This document shows positions 36,965 to 46,914 of a stretch of 64,000 bases of DNA, piece after piece. Under the pieces are notes generated by a model, which did no database searches, had not been told where the DNA came from, and saw only the letters and a program-made list of their open reading frames with translations. Position 1 is the first letter of the stretch, and each line of letters opens with the position of its first letter. Origin of the DNA: a bacterium (GTDB lineage: Bacteria > Cyanobacteriota > Vampirovibrionia > Gastranaerophilales > Gastranaerophilaceae); the NCBI GenBank assembly GCA_017542305.1, contig JAFXXK010000008.1:1-64000 (forward strand), written 5' to 3'. The translations under genes and the position numbers were made by a program.

Positions 36965-38635
36965 TTATACAGTTACAAGTTTCTTAACTTCTTTTCGCTT
37001 AACTTTATTTGTTGCGGTCCTCGGAAGCGGTTCTTTGTATACAATCACATTAACAGGTCGTTTATAAGCCGTTAATTTCATAGCTAATTGTTTCACTTCA
37101 CCTTTAATAAACTTTTCTGCATCTTCGTTACTATATTGACTCAATATATCATCAGTAGGAACAACTACAGCGGTTACTTCTTCGGTACCGTCTTTGCTTC
37201 CGAATGTTCTGACGTGTCCGAAAACGCAAACTTCTTTAAAATATGGACTTTTTTCCAATACAGCTTCAACTTCTTCGGGGAATACTTTTTTACCGCCTGA
37301 CAGAACAATCATATTCTTAATTCTTCCCGTAATGTAAATATGTCCGCCTCTGATTTCCGCAATATCTCCTGTATGAAGCCAACCATCCTCTGTTACAGCT
37401 TGGGAGGTCAATTCAGGCTGATTATGATACCCTTTCATAACCGCAGGACCTTTAACCAAAAGTTCTCCTGTTTCTGAATCAATTTTAGTTTCCAAACTTG
37501 TTAGCGGGCGACCAACAGATGCCAAATCATGACGCTTGTCATAATTCATTGAAACAACCGGACTGCATTCTGATAATCCATAACCTTGATAAACTTTTAT
37601 ACCGAGCCTGCTGAACCATTTACCCACCTGGATATCTAATGGCGCACCACCTGACAAGCAAGCTTTGAAATGTCTGCCGAACTGTTTATGAATATCTCTG
37701 AACATAAGTCTTCGTACAATCATAAACGGAATAAACTGAGCCAAGTTGAATTTAAAATTAAATAAAGCTTTTTTGAATGCAGACGAATTCTTTAACTCTG
37801 ATTCAATAGACGTCTTCAACAGCTTTAAAAACGCAGGAACAACTATCATAAAATTAATCTGCTTTTCACGCATTATAGCTAAAATATCTTTTGGCTTAAG
37901 ACTAAGCGCATAATAAACGGAATAGCCCAAATTTAAGAATGTCGAAAAGCCGACAGTAAGCTCAAACAAATGATTCATCGGTAATATCGAAAGCATTTTG
38001 CAGTGCTTTGTCGGAATAATATGATCCATTACAACTTTTAAATCTTCAAGTTGAGAGAATATATTGTTATAAGATATTTCAACACCTTTTGGAGAACCGG
38101 TTGTTCCTGATGTATAAATAATCAAAGCTGTAGATTTAGAACTTCTTCTTCTCCACTTTGCATCATATCTGTTTGGTAAAGAATGAATACTCGGAGTTTC
38201 CGGATAGTAAGACTGCTCATCCATAACAAGAATATGTTTTATTGACGTAATAGTTTTTTGGATTTCTTTAGCCGTTTCTAAATAATGCAAAGACGTAAGC
38301 ATAACCGTTGGTTCACAATCCGAAAGAATTGACGTCAACTCATATTTAGTCAATTTTATATCTAACGGAACAACTGTCATACCCGCAAGAGCGGAAGCAA
38401 ACAAACAAGCTCCGTATTCCGGCATAGATTCCGACAATATAGCAACTCTGTCACCTTTTTGAGTATCCAAATCCTCAATCATATGTGATGCCAGTTTTCT
38501 TGAAAGCATACCAACACCTTTATACGTAAATTCTTTCCATCCCATCGGGGTTTTCGTTCCTAAAGCAACTCTGTCTAAGTAATCGTTAGTTTTGTCATCA
38601 AGGAGCGAAAGTATATTTTTTTGTCTCAATCCCAT
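36965..38635 (-). CDS. AMP-binding enzyme (long-chain acyl-CoA or acyl-ACP synthetase, FadD/Aas-like)
   Basis: The AMP-binding motif is LIIYTSGTTGSPKGV. The C-terminal KNMIVLSGGKKVFPEEVEAVLEKS is nearly identical to the C-terminal module of the 1163-aa fusion protein at 52228-55719. Confidence 0.75.
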   Translation of the reverse strand: MGLRQKNILSLLDDKTNDYLDRVALGTKTPMGWKEFTYKGVGMLSRKLASHMIEDLDTQKGDRVAILSESMPEYGACLFASALAGMTVVPLDIKLTKYELTSILSDCEPTVMLTSLHYLETAKEIQKTITSIKHILVMDEQSYYPETPSIHSLPNRYDAKWRRRSSKSTALIIYTSGTTGSPKGVEISYNNIFSQLEDLKVVMDHIIPTKHCKMLSILPMNHLFELTVGFSTFLNLGYSVYYALSLKPKDILAIMREKQINFMIVVPAFLKLLKTSIESELKNSSAFKKALFNFKFNLAQFIPFMIVRRLMFRDIHKQFGRHFKACLSGGAPLDIQVGKWFSRLGIKVYQGYGLSECSPVVSMNYDKRHDLASVGRPLTSLETKIDSETGELLVKGPAVMKGYHNQPELTSQAVTEDGWLHTGDIAEIRGGHIYITGRIKNMIVLSGGKKVFPEEVEAVLEKSPYFKEVCVFGHVRTFGSKDGTEEVTAVVVPTDDILSQYSNEDAEKFIKGEVKQLAMKLTAYKRPVNVIVYKEPLPRTATNKVKRKEVKKLVTV

Positions 38636-38702
38636 CTTCTTATCCTTTAATCACTAAATAATCTTTCACCATAATACTTATTAAAAAAAAAAAGTCAAAT
38701 AA

Positions 38703-39041
38703 TTAAGCCTCAGGCTCGTTATGCCACTTTTTGGTATCAAACCTTAAATCATTCACTTTCATTTTTAACGAGTCAGCATATGGCTTAAATTTCACAAGTA
38801 ATTGCGTTTTTTTCAGCATTAGCTCCTGCGCTACAGCAGGTGTTTCACATGCAATAACCATTACTCCGCCGCCAAGCATTGAAAACGGTTTTGATTTAGA
38901 AGCAAATTTAGCACCCGCAACGCGTCCCCAAAATTTACACAAATTTGAGCGTTTTACGGCTTTTTGGATATCTCTGTTTTCAAGGAGTTCTTCCATCAAT
39001 TCTTCTGTAGATACAAAATCAGTGTATAAGATTTTTTTCAA
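38703..39041 (-). CDS. DUF721 (DciA-like) family protein
   Basis: The 112-aa product has the pattern W.RVAG...A..S.P.....GVMVIACETPAVAQEL, which resembles DUF721. Confidence 0.3.
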   Translation of the reverse strand: MKKILYTDFVSTEELMEELLENRDIQKAVKRSNLCKFWGRVAGAKFASKSKPFSMLGGGVMVIACETPAVAQELMLKKTQLLVKFKPYADSLKMKVNDLRFDTKKWHNEPEA

Positions 39042-39078
39042 ATTTGCTTCCCCGTCATTTTTTTGATATCATTAAATA

Positions 39079-40044
39079 ATGGATTGTTCTCAATTTAATG
39101 ATATCATAAAAATATCCAAAAATATACTTATTATGTCGCATTTGAATCCGGACGGAGATACTTTGGGAAGTATGTGCGGCTTATATTCGGCTATTTATGA
39201 CAATTTCAAAAAGAAACCCGATATGCTGTTAATGTCTAAGTTGCCTGATATATATAAGTTTTTACCATATATTTCCGAAGCAAAACATATTTCCGAGTTT
39301 GACAAATCAAGAGAATATGACCTTGTTATCAATGTTGATATTGCATCTTACGACAGAATGTTTGAGTCGGAAATTTTGTTCACAAAAGCAAAATCAACCG
39401 CAAATATTGATCACCATGTTACTAATAACGGCTATGCCGATATAAATTATGTTGTGCCTGATGCAAGTTCTACCGGTGAGGTTTTATACGGAATTATGGA
39501 AGAACTGGGCTGGACAATTTCCACTAATACCGCAAAAGCTCTATATACAGCTATTCTCACTGATACGGGTTCATTCAGATTTAATAATACAACTCAAAAT
39601 GCTCTGTCAACGGTATCAAAACTTGTAGGAATCGGGGTTGTACCTTCTGAAATATACAAAAACTGTTATGAATCAAATTCAAAAGAACATGTGCAATTCC
39701 AGGCGCATTGTATAAATAATGCGGTTTTTACCGAGGATAATAAAATAGCTTATATTATCATATACAAAAAAGATATGGAAAAATTCGGAGTCGGCGAAGA
39801 TTGTACTGAAGGTTTGACGGAAAAGCTCAGAGCAATTAAATCTGTTGAAGTTGCTTTTATTGTAAAACAGCTCGGTCCGACTTTATCCAAAATCTCAATG
39901 AGAAGCGAAAATGTTGACATAACAGGTGTTTGTTCTAAATTTGGCGGCGGCGGACATAAGTTAGCAGCCGGATGTATGATAAAAATAAGTGTGGAAGAAG
40001 CAGCAAAACGTGTTCTTGATGAGGTTAAGACATTAAAATTATGA
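39079..40044 (+). CDS. nrnA: DHH/DHHA1 phosphoesterase, NrnA-like bifunctional oligoribonuclease and pAp phosphatase
   Basis: The motifs are HLNPDGDTLGS, the DHH box IDHHVTNN, and the DHHA1 box GGGGHKLAAG. Confidence 0.75.
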   Translation: MDCSQFNDIIKISKNILIMSHLNPDGDTLGSMCGLYSAIYDNFKKKPDMLLMSKLPDIYKFLPYISEAKHISEFDKSREYDLVINVDIASYDRMFESEILFTKAKSTANIDHHVTNNGYADINYVVPDASSTGEVLYGIMEELGWTISTNTAKALYTAILTDTGSFRFNNTTQNALSTVSKLVGIGVVPSEIYKNCYESNSKEHVQFQAHCINNAVFTEDNKIAYIIIYKKDMEKFGVGEDCTEGLTEKLRAIKSVEVAFIVKQLGPTLSKISMRSENVDITGVCSKFGGGGHKLAAGCMIKISVEEAAKRVLDEVKTLKL

Positions 40045-40967
40045 AAGAAAAATTCCGGCAAATTGCAGATAAAATAATGAATTCTGACAATAAATATATT
40101 TCTTTCATTGTCAGCTTAATCAAAGCTATTATTGACAATGACCTTTTCGGAATGGCTGCTGAGATGGGATTTATGCTTGTTATAGGAATTTTTCCCTTTA
40201 TGTTGTTCTTAATGGCAATATTTGGCTGGATGGGAAATAAATCTATGATGGATCCTGTTCTGTTGTTCCTGAATAATTTTATGCCCGCACAGGCAATGAA
40301 TCTGATACAAACCGTTCTCTCCGAAGTTATGATATTTTCTCAGGGCGGCATAATGGCAATTGTCGGTTTTATTGCAACAACATTTTTATCAATGAATGCA
40401 ATAGCTGTTGTTTTAAAAGGTTTAAACAGGGCTTATCAGGTCAAAGAAACAAGAAGCTTTATCTATACAAGAATACTATCATTATTGATGCTTTTGGTTG
40501 ATGTTCTCGTAATGTTCCTTTCAATAAACCTGATTGTCTTTGGTCGTGTAATTATTAATTTCCTGGTATCACATGCATATATAACAAGGACTGTTGAGAT
40601 TGTGTTAGTTACATTACGTTGGCCGATAGCATTTGCTGCATTATTCTTAATGGCATTTTTGAGTTACTATATTTTGCCTGATTTAAAAGGAAACGAAGCC
40701 TATAAACGCAAAAGCGCAATACCGGGTTCGTTTTTCTTTGTAATTTTATGGTTATTGGCATCCTGGGGGTTTTCGATTTATGTAAATAACCTAAAAACCT
40801 ATAATATGGTTTACGGTACTATAGGTGCATTTGCAGTGCTGATGATTTGGCTTTATTACACTTCAATACTTATTCTTATCGGCGGAGAATTAAATTCCAG
40901 AAAATATAACCGGTTAAATGAAAAGGCACAGGAAATACAGGCTGACTTTGATGCTCTGAAAAATTAA
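40041..40967 (+). CDS. YihY/BrkB family inner membrane protein
   Basis: The product has six TM helices and the family pattern GLNRAYQVKETRSFIYTR...LIGGELN. The gene overlaps nrnA by 4 nt. Confidence 0.65.
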   Translation: MKEKFRQIADKIMNSDNKYISFIVSLIKAIIDNDLFGMAAEMGFMLVIGIFPFMLFLMAIFGWMGNKSMMDPVLLFLNNFMPAQAMNLIQTVLSEVMIFSQGGIMAIVGFIATTFLSMNAIAVVLKGLNRAYQVKETRSFIYTRILSLLMLLVDVLVMFLSINLIVFGRVIINFLVSHAYITRTVEIVLVTLRWPIAFAALFLMAFLSYYILPDLKGNEAYKRKSAIPGSFFFVILWLLASWGFSIYVNNLKTYNMVYGTIGAFAVLMIWLYYTSILILIGGELNSRKYNRLNEKAQEIQADFDALKN

Positions 40968-41025
40968 CATTAAAAAAGGGTCGTATAACAACCCTTTTTA
41001 TAGTTAAAATATACAGTTTGTTTTT

Positions 41026-41370
41026 TTACGCACATGCACAACTTTTTAAGGAATTTAGTGCCTGTTCCATTTGGTTTATACGGGCTTCTCTTTGGAGAAT
41101 CATACTGTTTAGGGTATTAATTCTTGCTTCAAGAAGTTTCTTACGAACAGGGTCTTCTTCAACCTTTAATTCTTTTGCAACATCCGCGATAATGTTGTTC
41201 ATTCGTCCGATAGCGCTATATTCTGCTGCTATATCATAGGATATTGCCATAGATTGCTCTTCACATGCGGATTTTCGAACTTCATTCGGCTGTTGTAAAT
41301 TATATTGAGGTACTACACTTTGTGCTTGCTGGTAACCTTGCGGTACCATCTGAACAGGGGTATTTAACAT
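41026..41370 (-). CDS. Small hypothetical protein, 114 aa, with a Q-rich N-terminus, a coiled-coil C-terminus and a terminal CACA
   Basis: It is an ORF only. Confidence 0.35.
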   Translation of the reverse strand: MLNTPVQMVPQGYQQAQSVVPQYNLQQPNEVRKSACEEQSMAISYDIAAEYSAIGRMNNIIADVAKELKVEEDPVRKKLLEARINTLNSMILQREARINQMEQALNSLKSCACA

Positions 41371-41531
41371 TTAACATGCTCCTACTGATTTTAACCTTAT
41401 GTTTTTATAAAGTAATATTTTTTTGCAAATTTGCGCATTAAGCCCCTTTTATTAAGAATTATGAATAAAACGTAACAAAAAGACCTCTGAATATAATTCA
41501 GAGGTCTTTCCGATTTTATGAAATTTACAAA

Positions 41532-42866
41532 TTACTCTTTTAGGAATGATTCATAATTTCTTGCTAATAAGTGGGTGCGTACCTGATTAATTAAATCAAG
41601 TGCAACACCGACCATGATGATTAGAGATGTAGCGCCGATACCCTGAATTGTTTTTATGTTTGTAACATAACTTGCAAATGAAGGTATCAAAGCAACTATA
41701 CCTAACCCTAAAGCTCCGATAAATGTTGTTTTTGTTAAGATTTTATCCAAAGCTTCAGCTGTCGGTTTGCCCGGTTTTATACCCGGAATTGATGAACCGT
41801 ATTTTTTAAGGTTGGTTGCAATATCTTTTGGCTGCATATTCGGCATAATAGATGCGTAGAAGAAAGTTAATGCAACTATTAATGCGAAATACAGAACATA
41901 ATATGTTATGCCGTCAGGACTCATTATATTGGTTAATCTGACTACAAAATCCTGTACTGCAGGGTTTTTGAAGTTAGCTTGTCCGACAAGGCTGAGTACT
42001 GTTGACGGGAATAACAATATTGCGATAGCAAAGATAATCGGCATAACACCGCCCGGATTAAGTTTGAACGGAATGTATGAATTCATACCTCCGTATACTT
42101 TATTACCTACCTGACGTTTAGGATTGATAATAATAACTTTTCTGACAGCTTCATGCATAACAACGATTAAAACCATTGTAATAAGAAATATTGCCAAAAA
42201 TGCTATTAAGCCGATTTGCAATGCCGTACTATGAGCTACAACAGCAGCTGTTCTTGTTGCGTAAACAGGAATTCCTGAAATAATACCGATAAAGATTATC
42301 AGAGAACCTCCGTTTCCGATTCCTCTTTCCGTAATTAATTCGGAAAGCCACATAACAAATACGGAACCGGCAGTAAGAACTAATATTGAGCTGATATAGA
42401 ACATTACATGAGGTACGTTTGCAACTATTGAACCCGGAAGATGTCTTAAGAACAGCATAAATATCAAAGACTGAAATACTGCTAATACAACGGTAAATAG
42501 TCTAGTATATTGCTGTAATTTTCTTCTGCCGGCTTCACCTTCTTCTTTCTGTAATTTTTCCAAAGCCGGAATAACTACAGAAACAAGCTGTACGATAATT
42601 GATGCCGTAATGTACGGTCCGATACCCAAAGCGAATATCGAGACACTACCCAAAGCCCCGCCTGAAAACATATCCAAAAATCCGATAATGTTATTTCCTG
42701 CAGCGAGATTTGAAAAGACGGCATTATTAATACCGAATAACGGCAACTGCGCACCCAATCTGAATACAGCAATCATCAATAATGTAAATATGATTTTTTG
42801 TTTTAAACCCGATGCATTCCACATGGACATTAAGTCATCGGTATTGGGCATTCTCATTTGTGCCAT
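41532..42866 (-). CDS. secY: Preprotein translocase subunit SecY
   Basis: The product has ten TM helices and follows the conserved order after rplO. SecY signature regions are present. Confidence 0.9.
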   Translation of the reverse strand: MAQMRMPNTDDLMSMWNASGLKQKIIFTLLMIAVFRLGAQLPLFGINNAVFSNLAAGNNIIGFLDMFSGGALGSVSIFALGIGPYITASIIVQLVSVVIPALEKLQKEEGEAGRRKLQQYTRLFTVVLAVFQSLIFMLFLRHLPGSIVANVPHVMFYISSILVLTAGSVFVMWLSELITERGIGNGGSLIIFIGIISGIPVYATRTAAVVAHSTALQIGLIAFLAIFLITMVLIVVMHEAVRKVIIINPKRQVGNKVYGGMNSYIPFKLNPGGVMPIIFAIAILLFPSTVLSLVGQANFKNPAVQDFVVRLTNIMSPDGITYYVLYFALIVALTFFYASIMPNMQPKDIATNLKKYGSSIPGIKPGKPTAEALDKILTKTTFIGALGLGIVALIPSFASYVTNIKTIQGIGATSLIIMVGVALDLINQVRTHLLARNYESFLKE

Positions 42867-43318
42867 TATACTAATTCAACCTTTCCACCTGCTGCTTCAA
42901 TTTTAGCTTTAGCTGACGGAGTAACGTAGCTTGCTTTTACTGTTAGTGCAGATTTAATTTCACCATTACCAAGAATTCTTAAGCCATCAGCACTCGGATG
43001 AGCTTTTCTTGCTTCTTTAAGAGTTTCAATGCTGATTTCTTTTAATCCTAAGCCTTCAAGTCTGCCGACATTGATAGCTTCATATTTTAATTTATTTATA
43101 ATCTGGAAGCCCTTTAATTTCGGTAATCTTCTGTAAGCCGGCATCTGACCGCCTTCAAAACCTCTTTTAGATGCGCTTCCTGAGCGTTGACCTTCACCGT
43201 TATGACCGCGGCAAGAAGTTTTACCTCTTCCTGATGAACGACCTCTGCCTACTCTTTTTGTTTTATGAGTAGAACCTTCGGCAGGTCTTAAATCTTCTAA
43301 TGTAATTGTGTTTGCCAT
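42866..43318 (-). CDS. rplO: 50S ribosomal protein L15
   Basis: The body (RGRSSGRGKTSCRGHNGEGQRSGSASKRGFEGGQMPAYRRLPK) is typical of L15. The start was chosen at ATG 43318, which has the gaggaaaa SD. The longer ORF-track start lies within the SD. Confidence 0.85.
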   Translation of the reverse strand: MANTITLEDLRPAEGSTHKTKRVGRGRSSGRGKTSCRGHNGEGQRSGSASKRGFEGGQMPAYRRLPKLKGFQIINKLKYEAINVGRLEGLGLKEISIETLKEARKAHPSADGLRILGNGEIKSALTVKASYVTPSAKAKIEAAGGKVELV

Positions 43319-43396
43319 TTTATTTTTCCTCATTTCTAATTTTAATTAATATAATATTTTTGTTTATTACCCGACCGATTAATCGGGCAAACAGAA

Positions 43397-43591
43397 CTAG
43401 TCAACAACTGTAACAAGGTGCGGAACTTTATTTACCATACCCATAATTGTTGCTGAATTATAATGTTCAACAATTTGATCTTTCTTGGTTAAACCAAGAC
43501 CTTTTACAACGCGTCTTTGAGCTTCTGAAGCACCGATAAGACTGCCTGTAAGTTTGATTTTTATTTGTTTATTATCATTTTTCTTTGCCAT
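43397..43591 (-). CDS. rpmD: 50S ribosomal protein L30
   Basis: The 64-aa product contains KIKLTGSLIGASEAQRRVVKGLGL, typical of L30. Confidence 0.85.
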   Translation of the reverse strand: MAKKNDNKQIKIKLTGSLIGASEAQRRVVKGLGLTKKDQIVEHYNSATIMGMVNKVPHLVTVVD

Positions 43592-43642
43592 TTTATTTTT
43601 CCTTTTCTTCTAGATCGGTACTACTATACCGACATTTATAAA

Positions 43643-44299
43643 TTAGTTCAACAATTCAGCCATAGTTAAGCCGCGTTTTTTAGCAACATCCGTGAACGGA
43701 GTTAATTTTTTCAAAGCGTCCAGTGTTGCGTTAGCAGCGTTAAGCGGTGATTTTGAACCTAAAGATTTTGAAAGAATATTTTCAATACCTGCAAGTTCAA
43801 GAACTAAACGAACAGCACCACCTGCAATAATTCCGGTACCTTCTGAAGCAGGTCTTAACATAACTGCACCTGCGCCTGATCTGCCTGTAATCGGGTGCGG
43901 AATAGTTGTTTTAAAGATAGGAACCGTAATAAGGTTCTTTCTTCCGTCTGCGATTGCTTTTTGGATAGCAATGATAACTTCTGAAGCTTTAGCACAACCT
44001 ACGCCAACCTGACCTTTTTGGTTACCAACGATAACGATTGCTCGGAAGCTCAATTTCTTACCACCTTTAACAACCTTAGTTACACGGCTGATTTGAACAA
44101 CTCTTTCAGTCCATTCTGACTGCGGTTTTTCTTCTGTAGCTTCTATTTTTTGTTTTCTGCCTCTGCCTCTTTTCTTGGCAGGTTTTTCTTCTGTAGCTTC
44201 AACAGCTTCTTCTGCAGGAGCTTCAGCAACTGTTTCTTCAACAACTGCTTCAGCAGCTTCAGTTTCAACTGTTAATTCTTCTTTTTGTTCTTCTGACAT
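43643..44299 (-). CDS. rpsE: 30S ribosomal protein S5 with an acidic, Ala/Glu-rich N-terminal extension of about 55 aa
   Basis: The S5 core is [40 protein letters not shown]...[14 protein letters not shown]. It is preceded by [51 protein letters not shown]. Confidence 0.85.
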   Translation of the reverse strand: MSEEQKEELTVETEAAEAVVEETVAEAPAEEAVEATEEKPAKKRGRGRKQKIEATEEKPQSEWTERVVQISRVTKVVKGGKKLSFRAIVIVGNQKGQVGVGCAKASEVIIAIQKAIADGRKNLITVPIFKTTIPHPITGRSGAGAVMLRPASEGTGIIAGGAVRLVLELAGIENILSKSLGSKSPLNAANATLDALKKLTPFTDVAKKRGLTMAELLN

Positions 44300-44543
44300 T
44301 GTAAATCTTACCTTTCATTTAATTTGAATTTTCGTAACTTGTTTACATTGTACTTTGAGTTTTGGGTTAACTCATTTCCGGCTGTAATATTTATTTTTCT
44401 GAATACGCCAAAAAATACGCTAATTAAAGCTATTTGGAATCATATTCGGATTTAACTTTTCTGACAAGCATGATAGTATTACAAAAATATAATAAAAGCA
44501 ACTGTTTTGTTACATTTTTGTAATAGAAATTTTAGAAGTATCC

Positions 44544-46160
44544 TTAACCAGAAATATCAAAAAACTTTTGAGCAATTTCTAACGGAATAATTATATCTTC
44601 ATTGCTATTATGCGGATTAACAAGGGTAAGTTCTTTTTTTACAGGATCATACGCTTTAAGAGAATAAGCATGATCCTCAATTATACTATATCCGTTTGAT
44701 AATTCCAACCGTGCAGTAAACCAGAAGTCCTGACTTACGAATCGGTATGTTGCATCCATTAATTCTGCATCACTCATCTTTTCGTATTCGGAAATATCAA
44801 CCTTATCACCATTACTACCGTATTTTTCAAGCATAGCTTTGAGTCGGGACAAAACATCCGCACGCTCATTCTTACCTTCATACTTCCATTGGGTTGTTAT
44901 GCCAGATACTGTACGAGTACTATCTGTATAGGAAAAGTCTCCAGGTAAACGGCTTGTATGATGCAACCCAAGAGATAGATGTTCTCCATTTCGCATCGCT
45001 TTGATAAGCTTATCTTCTGTAACTTCATAAGAAGTTCCTACATGTGTTCTGTTTTCGTCAGGAAATGTAAATATGTCATTCAGAAATTTAAAATCTCCCC
45101 CATTAACTACTGGATTAATTCCAAACCGTTTTATATATGCCATTTCCATTAAAGTAACATCAGTATCACCCGTTGAAAATGCACTTACAGTCTGAGTTTG
45201 TTTCCCATCGGTAACGGTAATTTCTCTGTTTGACAATTCTGCTTCAGTAACAATTACAGAATTTTTAGTTCCGGCATCAATAGGAAAAGTTACTTCATAG
45301 TATATTTTTCCGTTATTATCAGTTTTCTTTTTAATAATTCTTTTTAATTGCTCATCACTAAGTCCGTTAAGTTGTGCAAGCATTGAACAAGAACCTAATC
45401 CGCCCTGATTAAATGTTCCTATATGAAAATCTACAATATCGCTATTTTTATCAATCATATTTCTTTTCGCACGCAGACCTGAAACTTGTTTCCTTAGTTG
45501 ATTTAATTCTTTTTCTTCAGAAGAAAGAGTTTCTAAAGTATTTTTATGGTGTTGAGCTTTCAGTTTTGCTTTCATATCAGCATTAAACGCAATATTATCA
45601 TCCAAAACTTCACCACTGCTTTTAGGCTGAACTTTTACCACTTGGTGCTCATCGGCACCTTTTTTCTCGGTTTCGGGTTCTGACTCATCATAAGCTTTTT
45701 CAAATGTTTCGATAAGACCAAGTTGTTTATACTGCGCCATTTCCGCCTCTAATTCTTCTTTTGTCATTACATCAACCGGTTTTAAATGGTGTACTTCATC
45801 TATATCAGGATTAACTTTTGGGGCAGGCGAACCTTCTGAGGCTCTAAAATCTTCTAACATACTGTTACCGGAAAAAGTTTCTATGTTATCAGGAAGTTTT
45901 ACACCTTTCCCGTTCATTCTTTCAACATATAGTCCGATAACTGACATTTCTGCATCATCAATTACACCTTTACTGCCTGCATGAAAGTCAATTGTTTCAA
46001 ACTGTTTTAAACCTGCTTCATAATTCTGCTGCCAAAGCGATGAACCTTTTTCAGCTTGGCTTGCATTTGCATAATTTGTCGCAAATTCTACTGCACTTGT
46101 ACCTGCTTTTACCTGCTTCATTGCGGCATTAAACCAACTCGTGATAAAATTTTTATTCAT
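44544..46160 (-). CDS. Calpain-like (peptidase C2-type) cysteine protease with an N-terminal unknown or coiled-coil region of about 230 aa
   Basis: The catalytic triad candidates sit in calpain-like context. The Cys is in NQGGLGSCSMLAQL (compare QGxLGDCWxLAA). The His is in IIEDHAYSL (compare GHAYS). The Asn is in LVNPHN (compare RNPWG). Confidence 0.5.
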   Translation of the reverse strand: MNKNFITSWFNAAMKQVKAGTSAVEFATNYANASQAEKGSSLWQQNYEAGLKQFETIDFHAGSKGVIDDAEMSVIGLYVERMNGKGVKLPDNIETFSGNSMLEDFRASEGSPAPKVNPDIDEVHHLKPVDVMTKEELEAEMAQYKQLGLIETFEKAYDESEPETEKKGADEHQVVKVQPKSSGEVLDDNIAFNADMKAKLKAQHHKNTLETLSSEEKELNQLRKQVSGLRAKRNMIDKNSDIVDFHIGTFNQGGLGSCSMLAQLNGLSDEQLKRIIKKKTDNNGKIYYEVTFPIDAGTKNSVIVTEAELSNREITVTDGKQTQTVSAFSTGDTDVTLMEMAYIKRFGINPVVNGGDFKFLNDIFTFPDENRTHVGTSYEVTEDKLIKAMRNGEHLSLGLHHTSRLPGDFSYTDSTRTVSGITTQWKYEGKNERADVLSRLKAMLEKYGSNGDKVDISEYEKMSDAELMDATYRFVSQDFWFTARLELSNGYSIIEDHAYSLKAYDPVKKELTLVNPHNSNEDIIIPLEIAQKFFDISG

Positions 46161-46260
46161 ATATCCTCATTATAATTAAGCACATTACGACTTACATATA
46201 TAAAAATATCTGACTATAAATAATTGCAATAAATTTTTAAATATTTACATTTTTTAAAAT

Positions 46261-46842
46261 CTATTTTGAAATACAGCGGACACCTAAAGTTTTTGTATTG
46301 CTGTCAAAAGCTCTGATTACACCTGTTGAATAATTTATAGCGTAATGCTTATCATTCCCTGCATTATCCCTTAACCAAAAACTACCTTTTTCATACTGAG
46401 AGGCTATCGGAAATTTTATCAGAAATTCAGGCGAACAATATTTTTTAACGTTGATTGCCTGCTCTATACAATCTTCACTATTGCAAACAGAGGTAAAAGC
46501 TTCTTTATTTTTGGGAACATCAAGGTTTGAAGCAAAAATTCTGTGACAATTTTCGGAGTTTATCCAAATAGTCCAGGCATCCTCTTTAGAGGGAAGCTTC
46601 ATCCCCCGTTTGCTGCACAATGAGGATGCTTCATAGTAGCTTAATCTTAATCCGGCATCTTCTGCAAGACAGATGTCATCGGATATTTTTATGCAGTTTC
46701 CGGAGTTTGTATGCAGAGGAAAGCCCTTTGACAAATCCCAAAATCTGTCGGATTTATACAAAATTATGCAAAAACCCAATAAAATCAGAAATATACCAAG
46801 AAGTATCATTTGTCTTTTATATTCTTCCAAGGCTGCCTCCAA
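46261..46842 (-). CDS. Membrane-anchored Cys-rich protein, 193 aa
   Basis: It has an N-terminal TM helix (ILLGIFLILLGFCIILY) and an extracytoplasmic domain with eight or more Cys residues. Confidence 0.4.
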   Translation of the reverse strand: MEAALEEYKRQMILLGIFLILLGFCIILYKSDRFWDLSKGFPLHTNSGNCIKISDDICLAEDAGLRLSYYEASSLCSKRGMKLPSKEDAWTIWINSENCHRIFASNLDVPKNKEAFTSVCNSEDCIEQAINVKKYCSPEFLIKFPIASQYEKGSFWLRDNAGNDKHYAINYSTGVIRAFDSNTKTLGVRCISK

Positions 46843-46914
46843 AAATACAATTATATTATACTTGCTTTTTTTCTAAATATCAATTAAAATTATCGGTATA
46901 AGGAGAGGATTATT

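Noticed and set aside
43319-43333. Longer rplO start MRKNKMANTITL
   Set aside because: The extra codons coincide with the gaggaaaa SD for ATG 43318. L15 normally starts at the MxLxxLxPAEGS region.
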